Made by a program: the position numbers and the translations under genes. Of a DNA stretch of 64,000 nt, positions 38,259 through 46,768 are shown piece by piece. The stretch is from sequence record MZ443771.1; one strand, given 5' to 3'. Position 1 is the stretch's first letter. Each line of letters begins with the position of its first letter. The notes beneath the pieces are model-generated. The model saw only the letters and a program-made list of their open reading frames with translations. It did not search any database and had not been told where the DNA came from.

Positions 38259-39103
38259 TATCCACCTCTACGGCCTCTCTGCGCTGCTAACGCAAGTGCG
38301 CGTTGTTCCTCTGCTTTGTTCTTATCGTGAACGTAGGCACTATGCCAGTAAAGCAGTTTATTGATCGTTATATCGTCCGGAACATAGATGCCTTTAGCTG
38401 ACGCAAGGTCGAGCGTCATATTCATCATGGACGTGTCAGAGAACACACGGAAGTAACCGAGAATATCAATCGGCGTTCTGTACGTGTACGTGCGGAAACA
38501 ACGGTTGCACTTATGCGTTGTCTCAAGCTCACAGCTAACGAACACGTAGTTACCTGCTTCGATTAACTCAACAGGGTCAGTGTATTCTAAGGTTTGTTCG
38601 AGAGGCACATCGCTATCAATGTACATCGCGTTCATAACCTGCGTTCTGTTATGAGTCTCTGCAAGGAGTTCCGCTTCAACCCAACGCTGAACAGTAGGAT
38701 GACGCAAGCCTTTAGGAAGCTCACGCCACTTATGAGTCAGAATCTTCTGGCGCATTACCTCTTCGGTGTTGAGCATGTTGCAATCAACTTCGAGGAACTT
38801 GCGACCATGAGGCCTGTCGTAATACCGTTCACCGCGCATATCAACGAAGAACGGTTGTGTGCATCGCCACTCATACAGACGATGCGACTGCGGCCAACTA
38901 TTCCTGTCGAACATTGCCAGCATGTAACGGAAGTCTTCGAGGTACATCTCTCTGATCTTCACGTTCGTAAAACGCTGCAACGTATCAACAAAGAGTTCAG
39001 GCAGTTTGTGCTTCTGGGCGTTGAACAGACTAGACATTGCGTTTGCAGTTATCTGGTCGATACGCACATCAGTCCTGCCTGACGGTACATAGATCTCTAA
39101 CAT
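38258..39103 (-). CDS. Baseplate hub assembly/tail chaperone-like protein (gp26/gp51-like)
   Basis: N-terminal (V/L)PS.R motif and CxxC. Paralogous to the next gene. Confidence 0.55.
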   Translation of the reverse strand: MLEIYVPSGRTDVRIDQITANAMSSLFNAQKHKLPELFVDTLQRFTNVKIREMYLEDFRYMLAMFDRNSWPQSHRLYEWRCTQPFFVDMRGERYYDRPHGRKFLEVDCNMLNTEEVMRQKILTHKWRELPKGLRHPTVQRWVEAELLAETHNRTQVMNAMYIDSDVPLEQTLEYTDPVELIEAGNYVFVSCELETTHKCNRCFRTYTYRTPIDILGYFRVFSDTSMMNMTLDLASAKGIYVPDDITINKLLYWHSAYVHDKNKAEEQRALALAAQRGRRGG

Positions 39104-39786
39104 CAGTTAACAAACACCGAAGGGTTCAGGTCCCATGTGCGTGTGCTCTTACGTCCACAGTGAGGGCACGGCAGTTCGATATCTGTCAGCAGACCGTGAC
39201 GAGAAGCTCTTACCCATTCAGAGAGTTCAAGCCACAGCGTCAGGTCTTGTTGTTCTTCAAGACGTGCGACACTGGCATCGAAGTTAGGTCCCATGTGCGC
39301 TACGTGCCACCCGAACATATCCTCAGAAGCGCGTTCATAGTGACGCATACGAGGCAGGTCGAAGTGCTCATGTTCTGCGTTAAGCATCGCTACGGTCATT
39401 GATGTTTCATCGACAACACCCACGTTGTTTGCAGCGCACGGGAACGTATTGATAGCAGCACCTTCAAGGCGCAACTCATTAACGATACCGTCGGAATATT
39501 CAAACAGCGGTTTATTGCAGCGCCAGTAAGTACGCAACGGCATCACTGAGTTCATCCACATACGCTGTTGGAAGACAAGCGCAAAAGCGTCAGGGATAGT
39601 CATCTCTTCCAGCTTAACGTTCAGGCAAGGTGCGAGAGCGTCTAACAGGATGTACTTCATATCCTTCGAGTCGATAGCCTTTGCAATAGCTCGGTTCTCT
39701 TTGCCACCGAAGCGGCGCATCTCGAATACTTCTGGCAGTTGCGCTTTATAACCACGCGACGGTAAACTCGCTGTTTGAATTTCCAT
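39103..39786 (-). CDS. Baseplate hub assembly/tail chaperone-like protein (gp26-like)
   Basis: LPSRGY...F.MR.F...E motif and C-terminal CPHCG. Confidence 0.6.
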   Translation of the reverse strand: MEIQTASLPSRGYKAQLPEVFEMRRFGGKENRAIAKAIDSKDMKYILLDALAPCLNVKLEEMTIPDAFALVFQQRMWMNSVMPLRTYWRCNKPLFEYSDGIVNELRLEGAAINTFPCAANNVGVVDETSMTVAMLNAEHEHFDLPRMRHYERASEDMFGWHVAHMGPNFDASVARLEEQQDLTLWLELSEWVRASRHGLLTDIELPCPHCGRKSTRTWDLNPSVFVN

Positions 39787-39796
39787 TGTTCTTATC

Positions 39797-40309
39797 TCAC
39801 ATCATAGGACGGGAAACATCGAGAGCCATTTGAACAGACCACATTGCTCGGCCACCGGTACCGTTAAGCGTAATGCTTTGACCGCCGATTGGCCAGCAGT
39901 TGCGGAGCTGTTGTTCGCCAACCATTTGCCCTTGGTTGTCGTATAGCTCAATGATAATGTTTTTCTTGTACGCAGACGGCAATCTAAAACCGCCAGTGTA
40001 CGGGTTCTGAATCAAGTTCTGCCACGCAGTCATATACTTCATGACTGCGAGCTTCTGGTCAAGACCAAACAGTAAGCTGAAACCATCAACGCTCGAACCA
40101 TGCGGCCAGTTGATTTGCACAGTGGCCACTTCTTTGGACTTTTGTTGATAGACAGAGAACGGCAGGTCTACCTCTTCACAGGCGAATGGGCTTAACGTGT
40201 AATTACCAATTACAGGAAACTCACGTACACGCCACTTGTCTTGCATGAAGGGATCGTCAAGGCCAGGTGCAGATGAATCATTCAGGTCGTCAAGCGTCGG
40301 CAGTGGCAT
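39797..40309 (-). CDS. Tail tube-like protein (tube initiator/gp54-like paralogue)
   Basis: Resembles 41038..41550 (TLD....DP...; WQ.L.....G....Y......YD..G........WP). Confidence 0.7.
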   Translation of the reverse strand: MPLPTLDDLNDSSAPGLDDPFMQDKWRVREFPVIGNYTLSPFACEEVDLPFSVYQQKSKEVATVQINWPHGSSVDGFSLLFGLDQKLAVMKYMTAWQNLIQNPYTGGFRLPSAYKKNIIIELYDNQGQMVGEQQLRNCWPIGGQSITLNGTGGRAMWSVQMALDVSRPMM

Positions 40310-40311
40310 GA

Positions 40312-40986
40312 TTAGTCCTCTACAATAATAAGCACAGGTCTAACTGCATCATCGAACTTGAGGAACGTAGCGCCAACCAAATAGCCGCCATTCTCTACCT
40401 GTTTGACAACAGCTTTCTCCAGCTCTGTCTCCCACTTGTCACGCTGGTTGGCTTTATAGCCTTCAAACGTTTCAGTCGCGTCATAGTAGTTATAGGTTCC
40501 ACCAGTCGGCATAGGGATACGTGCGAGGAACTGCAATCGACCAGCGTTCTTAAACTTAGTCTTGTGCAGTGCTTGAGTCAGCTTAGTGTCTTCGGCTTTA
40601 GAGCCAGGGACAGCTTTGAAGATCTTCTTCGGTTGTGGTTCTTTCGGTGCGGCAGGAAGTTTCTCACGCGCTGGCGTATTCTTATCAGTCGCTTTCTTCA
40701 CGCGTATGCCTGACACAGTGCCAGTAAACGGACGACTACGCCCGAGCAGCGAACGTGCAGTAGCAGCATCGACTTCAAACACTACTGACGGATCATCCTT
40801 ATGCAGCACATAGAACTTATTGCGCTTCGCAGCCTTGATACCGAACACATCTTTTTCTTCGATATCGGCTTCGTGCTCTTTGTTCTCAATGCTAACTCTG
40901 CGCTTACCTTCGAAGCGATACCAGTCGCAATCTTGAATCGCAATGTCTGGTAGTTTACGTGCGCTTTCGCTCAGTAGAATAAGCAT
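40312..40986 (-). CDS. Hypothetical protein with the shared SH3-like paralogue domain (224 aa)
   Basis: WYRFEGKR...IEEKDVFGI...FYVL..DDPSVVFEVD. Confidence 0.75.
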   Translation of the reverse strand: MLILLSESARKLPDIAIQDCDWYRFEGKRRVSIENKEHEADIEEKDVFGIKAAKRNKFYVLHKDDPSVVFEVDAATARSLLGRSRPFTGTVSGIRVKKATDKNTPAREKLPAAPKEPQPKKIFKAVPGSKAEDTKLTQALHKTKFKNAGRLQFLARIPMPTGGTYNYYDATETFEGYKANQRDKWETELEKAVVKQVENGGYLVGATFLKFDDAVRPVLIIVED

Positions 40987-41001
40987 AGTGTCTCCAAAAC
41001 G

Positions 41002-41030
41002 AAAAAGGGCCAGAACGAATCTTGGCCCTT
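41002..41030 (-). terminator. Rho-independent terminator after the tail tube gene
   Basis: GGGCCAAG...CTGGCCC stem followed by TTTTT. Confidence 0.75.
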
Positions 41031-41037
41031 GTGTTTC

Positions 41038-41550
41038 TTACGATGCGAGTTCGGCGTAGTCGAAGGACCATTCGATTGATACCGGAACAGCCTGCGCAGC
41101 ACCGGAGAACTGCAAGTCAGGAACCTGCTTAGGCCACACACCGTAGATGTTGTACTCTGCTACTACTGAACCGTCCATATCGAAGATACGGAAGATTGCT
41201 TTGGTCGCGTAGTCAGCTTTACGTGCGCCCAGCTGGGTTTGAGTAGCACGAACGAACTGGTGCCATTCTTCCAACTGTTTGTACACAGCCATTTCAGAGT
41301 TTTCGTTATACTCGGTTGAGAGCGCGTGAGAGAAGATCTTACGACCAGCGTAGTTGAGCTGGTGGCCGAACGCTTCTTTCAGCACTTCTTCCAGAGTAGA
41401 ACCTGGCTTAACACCAGTCTTACAGAACAGGCGCAGAGTACGCGCATAGTCTGTACCGCCAACAGGCGGGTTAGGGATCAGGAACTCGAAGTTGTCATCG
41501 AGTAACGGATCTTTCGTAGACGAAAATTCGTCAAGAGTTACCTTAGGCAT
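41038..41550 (-). CDS. Tail tube protein (gp19-like)
   Basis: Directly follows the sheath gene. YAGR....W.......Y......FD.DG......GVWP.....S.D motifs. Confidence 0.85.
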   Translation of the reverse strand: MPKVTLDEFSSTKDPLLDDNFEFLIPNPPVGGTDYARTLRLFCKTGVKPGSTLEEVLKEAFGHQLNYAGRKIFSHALSTEYNENSEMAVYKQLEEWHQFVRATQTQLGARKADYATKAIFRIFDMDGSVVAEYNIYGVWPKQVPDLQFSGAAQAVPVSIEWSFDYAELAS

Positions 41551-41560
41551 CTAAAGCTCC

Positions 41561-43246
41561 TTAGAGTGCGCCAGACTGAATGAGTTGCAGCGCGTACTGG
41601 ATATCGCCAACAGGCGGCACGATAGCAGTTACGTGAATGCGTTTGGTGTAGCGAGTAGGGTCAAGGAACACGTCGATGATCAGATCGCCACGCGCTTCAT
41701 CTTCTGCGGTGTTGTTTGAGTAGTTACAAACAACTTCATACCAGCGTAAACCACGACCGGTCTTAATCGGTTCGAGGATTGCTTCCATCGCAGACTTCTG
41801 GCGCTGTTTCAGAATGTCGTCGTTCGGTTCGAAGACAGCACTCAGGTTGTTAGCGCGAGCAGAAGCGTGAAGCATTGCCAGCAGACGACGAATGCCGATA
41901 TCCTGCAGCGGAGACTTCGTTGTGTAAGTGGTATCAGCACCCCACATGAAGATACCTTCGCCTTCGAAGATCGCAATCGGGTTAATCTGGTTGTCTACCA
42001 GAATGTCGCGGTCGCCTTGTTTGAAGCGATAGCGCACATCAGTAGCGAAGTCCAGCTTACCACGATTCATACCGCCAGGTGCCAACCACGATGCTACTTG
42101 GTCAGCAGTCAACATGCAGTACGCCATGCACACAGACGCAGGGACATAGAAGTCACGCGCGTTGTCGTTATCACGGGTCTTAACGTCAGCGTTCGAAAGC
42201 GCAGACCAAGAACCGATGATAGAGAACTCTGCTTGCTGGTACGGCTTGTTGCCACGACGATACGCCACAGCGCTATCACGCGCTTGCAGACTGACAGGCA
42301 CACCGTGAGTAGCGATACAGTCCATGCGGCTTTCGGCCAGCGTATCAATCTTGTTCGCAATCACAGGATGCTCAAGGCCACCGGAACACAGAATGCCAGC
42401 CTGAACATCTTCCCAGTCACGATAGTTATCCCACGCGCTAAGAACAGCAGACAGACTCTGGTTAGCGATAGTCGCATCAGAGTGGTCAACGTCAATCACA
42501 GCACCGTCGCTACCACCAGTGAACTGACCGTTCGGAGCAGTCGGGTTCGTTGGGTCAGCAGGGCCACCGCCGATGGAGTTAATGACCACATAGTTCGGGT
42601 CTTCCAGCAGCTTGTAGTGGTTCGCATTCAGCTTAACGCGAATGTACTTCGAGTTAACGTTGATAACGTCTTCAATGAAGAACTGATTGCCCGCTTCGTC
42701 TTTGTAGTAGCGCGTTGTAACAGTGTGCGTTTCCAGCGGCGTGAGATAGCCGACTTGGTACACTTTGATCAGGGACTTATAGCCCAGAGGATCTGTTACG
42801 TCAGGCTCGAACGTGATGTACAGGTTGTTCGCCGCTGCGTACTGAGACAGAGAGTAGATCAGGCAGATATCGCGATCAGAGAAAGCGACTTGCTCTGGGT
42901 CTGTCAAGCCCGCATTGCCAACAGGACGGCAGGTAGCGAAGTTGTTATAAGTTGTGATAAACACACCTGCGAATTTCACAGAGAGAGCGACACGCGTGAT
43001 GTTCAGCTTGGTTGCTTTCGTCATCAAAATCTTTGCGATCTGGACGTTGTTAGCATAAGGACCCGTTGCTGGACCAAAAAGCGCGTCAATCTCATCTTTA
43101 GAGGTAACAGTTGTGTTAACACCTACAGGTCCGCGAGGCATCGGCATAACCAGAGTACACATGCCAAACTGCACAAGTGACGCTTGGTTGCTGCGGTCAT
43201 TCTCCTGCGAATAGACCCCCGGAGAGGGGTGATTAGGTTGTAACAT
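41561..43246 (-). CDS. Tail sheath protein (gp18-like)
   Basis: SPGVYSQE.D start, GP..., W.APGG..RG, L....INPI..F...GI..WG and RRLL....FEPND motifs. Confidence 0.92.
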   Translation of the reverse strand: MLQPNHPSPGVYSQENDRSNQASLVQFGMCTLVMPMPRGPVGVNTTVTSKDEIDALFGPATGPYANNVQIAKILMTKATKLNITRVALSVKFAGVFITTYNNFATCRPVGNAGLTDPEQVAFSDRDICLIYSLSQYAAANNLYITFEPDVTDPLGYKSLIKVYQVGYLTPLETHTVTTRYYKDEAGNQFFIEDVINVNSKYIRVKLNANHYKLLEDPNYVVINSIGGGPADPTNPTAPNGQFTGGSDGAVIDVDHSDATIANQSLSAVLSAWDNYRDWEDVQAGILCSGGLEHPVIANKIDTLAESRMDCIATHGVPVSLQARDSAVAYRRGNKPYQQAEFSIIGSWSALSNADVKTRDNDNARDFYVPASVCMAYCMLTADQVASWLAPGGMNRGKLDFATDVRYRFKQGDRDILVDNQINPIAIFEGEGIFMWGADTTYTTKSPLQDIGIRRLLAMLHASARANNLSAVFEPNDDILKQRQKSAMEAILEPIKTGRGLRWYEVVCNYSNNTAEDEARGDLIIDVFLDPTRYTKRIHVTAIVPPVGDIQYALQLIQSGAL

Positions 43247-43288
43247 CGTGAATCTCCATAAGAATGGGCATCGTGTAACGACTGTATG

Positions 43289-43296
43289 AAATTAGC
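43289..43296 (-). promoter_or_regulatory. GCTAATTT putative late promoter of the sheath-tube operon
   Basis: Intergenic, 43 nt upstream of the sheath ATG. Confidence 0.6.
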
Positions 43297-43302
43297 GAGA
43301 AC

Positions 43303-43647
43303 TCAATAGCAAACCAGATTAACTCGCTGATCCACGTCACTTACCAGAACTGATTGTGCCATTTGTCCAGTAAAGACGAACTGCCCTTCAATGACCATCT
43401 GGCCACCAGCGAACTGGAGAATGATAGGCTCTGCGGTATCAATGTACAGCAGCCCTTTAATCTCAGGCACTTGATAGCCTTTAGGTCCTACGACGATAGA
43501 TTGCTGTTGAATCATACCATCCAGCGGAATACCAACGGCGGAGGATTGACGCGAGAGCACAGCATTCTGCCTGTCGCTTACTGAACGCACACGCGTATCA
43601 ATGACTAACGTGCGGTCAAGTTTGCGGTACTTCTGACGAGTGTACAT
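43303..43647 (-). CDS. Hypothetical structural protein (114 aa)
   Basis: TAATG-coupled ORF within the morphogenesis operon. Confidence 0.7.
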   Translation of the reverse strand: MYTRQKYRKLDRTLVIDTRVRSVSDRQNAVLSRQSSAVGIPLDGMIQQQSIVVGPKGYQVPEIKGLLYIDTAEPIILQFAGGQMVIEGQFVFTGQMAQSVLVSDVDQRVNLVCY

Positions 43648-44336
43648 TAATCTTCTTCCTCCTCATCGTCTGGCTCTACAGCAGCGGCTTTGGGCAAGTC
43701 CATGTCGATCTCAATGTCTTCGGTGATTTCACCGTAGTTGTTGATCTTAGCTTGCTCCAGATTGAAACCAATCTTGGTCTTAATCGTGATTGGAATCTCA
43801 AGCTCAAAGCTGCCGGGCGTACTACCGTCATCGAGGTCTTCGATATTAGGCAGCGGGATACTATCACCTTCAACCTGAACACGCACAGTCCATTCAGCAG
43901 TAGGCATGATGATTTTAAAACTAAGCAGCTCAGAGATTGAGGCAATCAGCAACTGTTGGGAGAACAGAAGCGCTTGGTCAACGTTCATGAACTTAACGAA
44001 CAACGTACCAGAAAGCGTTACAGGGAAGTAATAGTTCGTCACGACAATAGCGTTCGTGTCGTGCTCACCAATAGCCCAGCCGCTGCCGTGACGCGATACG
44101 TTCTTAGGGTTACCGAGAAGCTCACGGTCGAATGCCATTGTAGGCAGTTTGAACCAACCGTACGGATAGTCAGTGCTGTAGTTGTTCGTAGCACGAATAC
44201 CCTGCTTCGGGTTGTTATGCACAGACCAGACGAAACGCTTTAAGTTAAAGCCCTGTCTGAATTGTCGCTGGAAGCCAAAGATGGTTGCTTTCAACGACGT
44301 GCTATTCTTGAGCATACCAGCAAGGTTTGCACTCAT
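43647..44336 (-). CDS. Putative neck/tail-terminator-type protein
   Basis: Likely start is MSANL (GGAG SD, downstream of a terminator). Located between the capsid and sheath genes. Confidence 0.55.
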   Translation of the reverse strand: MSANLAGMLKNSTSLKATIFGFQRQFRQGFNLKRFVWSVHNNPKQGIRATNNYSTDYPYGWFKLPTMAFDRELLGNPKNVSRHGSGWAIGEHDTNAIVVTNYYFPVTLSGTLFVKFMNVDQALLFSQQLLIASISELLSFKIIMPTAEWTVRVQVEGDSIPLPNIEDLDDGSTPGSFELEIPITIKTKIGFNLEQAKINNYGEITEDIEIDMDLPKAAAVEPDDEEEED

Positions 44337-44355
44337 TTTAGGTGCTCCAGATACG

Positions 44356-44384
44356 AAAAAGGGCAGCCTATTGGCCACCCTTTT
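44356..44384 (-). terminator. Rho-independent terminator of the capsid operon
   Basis: GGGTGGCC/GGCTGCCC stem followed by TTTTT. Confidence 0.75.
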
Positions 44385-44403
44385 GGTTACCCGTAATCGG
44401 GTG

Positions 44404-44796
44404 TTAGTCGTCAAGTCGTAAGCGAATCAATGTTGAAGGGGCAGAGGATTCAGAATCAACTTCGTCCTCTTGCTCGTCTTCTAATTCGTCTTCAACTTCA
44501 TCATCAGAGTTCAGGCTGATAACTTCGTCGTCGTGTAACGGCTCGGCTACTTCTTCCTCGGCGTTAAGCTCTAAAGCAGCAGACAGCGCGGCAACGGATT
44601 CGCCCACCCCAGAAGCGTTACTCACCGAGTTAACAAGGCACGAAGCCTCGAAGTTATCAGCGAGTTCGCATTCGAGGAAGTCCTCAGTGTCTGGTGCTAC
44701 AGAAGCCTGCGCAAGCAAGCGAGCAGCATCAACCCACTGTCCTTCACGCGCTGCGATGATTGCCAGTGCAGCTAAGGAACCAGTCAAAGTCTTCAT
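44404..44796 (-). CDS. Small acidic head-assembly protein
   Basis: Follows the capsid gene. E/D-rich C-terminus containing VDSESS. Confidence 0.65.
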   Translation of the reverse strand: MKTLTGSLAALAIIAAREGQWVDAARLLAQASVAPDTEDFLECELADNFEASCLVNSVSNASGVGESVAALSAALELNAEEEVAEPLHDDEVISLNSDDEVEDELEDEQEDEVDSESSAPSTLIRLRLDD

Positions 44797-44848
44797 GTTT
44801 GGTCCTCAGTTAAGAGGGCAACATTACGCTGCCCTCAATGCACGACAA

Positions 44849-45946
44849 TTATCCGCGTACTGCTTTCGCAACGGAACGCACGTTCGCCAGAGTGAAGGAG
44901 AAGGTGCTTGACAGCAACCAGCCGCGGTCGGTGTTACCCATGTTCGCGCCGGAAGTCGGGGTAGACTGGGTACCGCCACGAGTGGTGTACACTGCGTGGT
45001 AGTCCTGGTCTGCCAGAACGTACAGCTCACCGTCGTGCAGCACACGGTGCTCTGGAGCGCGGAAGCCGTCAGTTACCAGCTCCATACCCAGCAGAGTACC
45101 CAGACGGCCGGTAGTGATCAGGTCATACTTAGACACAGGGTCCAGAGCAGAGGTGAACTGATCGTTACCAACGATATCGTTCCAGTAGTCCTGCGCCATC
45201 ACAGCGGTGCTAACAGGCAGCGGCCAGCTTGACACAGAATTTTTCAGAGTAGACAGCAGACGCGGAGTCAGGTCACCGTGAACCCAGGTGATTGGGTTAG
45301 CGATACCAACTGCCTGGTCACAAGCAGTTTTCCACAGACGGTCTTCTGCAACCATGATAGATTGCAGGCCATCTTGCTGCGCGCGGTCCAGCAGGTCGCC
45401 GTTGATCTGATCCAGATCCATTTTGCTAACACGGATGTTGGATTTCAGTTCGAACTCAGCAGGCGTGTAAACACGACCGCGGAATTGACGGTAACCGTAG
45501 TCGGTAGGACCGGTTGCGATGATAGCTTCTGCCTGGTGGATTTTCAGTTCGATACGAGCGATATCGCCTTGACGAACGGTAGCACCTTTACAGACCTTGC
45601 GCAGCAGGCCGGCACGTTCAGCACGGTCTTCGATAGATGCAACGATAGATGCACCCAGAGAAGCCCACTTCTGGCCGCTGCCGTCAGCGATAGCTTCCTG
45701 GAACAGTTCGATCTTCTCAGCTTCGGACAGGCCGTTGTCGCTAGAGACAGAGTGAACCAGTTCACCAGTTTGGAAGCTGTTCATCAGCTTGCTGATTTGT
45801 CCCAGCAGGTCTTTTTGGCTTGATGCGTTAATCTCACCAGTAGATGAGGACAACGCCAGCTCGCCTTTACCGCCGAAACGCAGGTCTTCGATAGGGGCGC
45901 CAGAACGCAGGGTTACTTTCGCGCCGCGCATTACAGAATTGTTCAT
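44849..45946 (-). CDS. Major capsid protein (HK97-fold, inferred)
   Basis: Follows protease and scaffold genes, with strongly biased codons. Q.I...EDRLW and G.LG...G...VT....R...L..GE.YV motifs. Confidence 0.8.
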   Translation of the reverse strand: MNNSVMRGAKVTLRSGAPIEDLRFGGKGELALSSSTGEINASSQKDLLGQISKLMNSFQTGELVHSVSSDNGLSEAEKIELFQEAIADGSGQKWASLGASIVASIEDRAERAGLLRKVCKGATVRQGDIARIELKIHQAEAIIATGPTDYGYRQFRGRVYTPAEFELKSNIRVSKMDLDQINGDLLDRAQQDGLQSIMVAEDRLWKTACDQAVGIANPITWVHGDLTPRLLSTLKNSVSSWPLPVSTAVMAQDYWNDIVGNDQFTSALDPVSKYDLITTGRLGTLLGMELVTDGFRAPEHRVLHDGELYVLADQDYHAVYTTRGGTQSTPTSGANMGNTDRGWLLSSTFSFTLANVRSVAKAVRG

Positions 45947-46005
45947 TAGTTGCTCCTGAGAATAATCTCGTAAGTTTCAGTTCAAACAGTTACGGTGCGC
46001 GACGA

Positions 46006-46713
46006 TTAAGCGCCGTAAGAGGAAGACATTTCGACGATCAGGTAACCACGTTCAGTGGTAGGCGCCTGCTTGATAACGCAGCCTTTCAGCACGGTACCGT
46101 TACCGCCGATGGTCAGCAGACCGTTCGGGCCGAGGGTTGGGTGGATAACGTTGTCAGCAGACCAGTCAGCAGTCGGGTCAAACATAGAGGTAGCGATGTT
46201 ACCCAGTTTGATGTAACCACAACGACCCTGAACGTTAGAAGCCAGGCCACCGATAGGAGCATCAGCAGTGTAAGAACGCGCTTCGGTCACAGACAGTTCG
46301 TAAGCATACTGGATGCGAACTTTCTTGCCTTCGTCGTCAGCGTGGAAGTACAGGTCAGCACCCTGAACACCGACTTTACCTTCTGCGGTAGGAGTCGCGC
46401 TGGCTTCCTGATCAGCTTTAGCGCCGTCAATTTTAACCAGCAGTGCACCAGCGTCTGGAACGCGAGTTGCAGTGAACTTACGAGTCGCGTCGATAGTGAA
46501 CTCTTCAACGCGGTTCATGTGCGAAGGCGGCATGGAGCGAGCCAGTGCGAAACCAGCAAACACTTCGTTAGCAGCGCCGGTAGACAGACGCAGGAAGGAG
46601 TGACCGCCTTCACGAGCCCATACCAGTGCAACACCTTCTTCGTGGATTACTTCGCCCGGCAGCAGGTCAGCTTCCTGGGTCTGTACGATATCGGTAGCAT
46701 TTTGAAACAACAT
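46006..46713 (-). CDS. Head decoration/cement-type structural protein
   Basis: Lies between scaffold and capsid genes with biased codons. Likely start is MLFQNA (GGAG SD). Confidence 0.6.
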   Translation of the reverse strand: MLFQNATDIVQTQEADLLPGEVIHEEGVALVWAREGGHSFLRLSTGAANEVFAGFALARSMPPSHMNRVEEFTIDATRKFTATRVPDAGALLVKIDGAKADQEASATPTAEGKVGVQGADLYFHADDEGKKVRIQYAYELSVTEARSYTADAPIGGLASNVQGRCGYIKLGNIATSMFDPTADWSADNVIHPTLGPNGLLTIGGNGTVLKGCVIKQAPTTERGYLIVEMSSSYGA

Positions 46714-46768
46714 AATCAGTTTCTCCAATGAGAGAGATATGTGAGAGACAAACCTTCACAGGCTGCAA

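Noticed and set aside
38258-39786. Programmed frameshift between tandem tail chaperone-like genes
   Set aside because: I saw no XXXYYYZ slippery site at the junction. The genes are simply TGATG-coupled paralogues.
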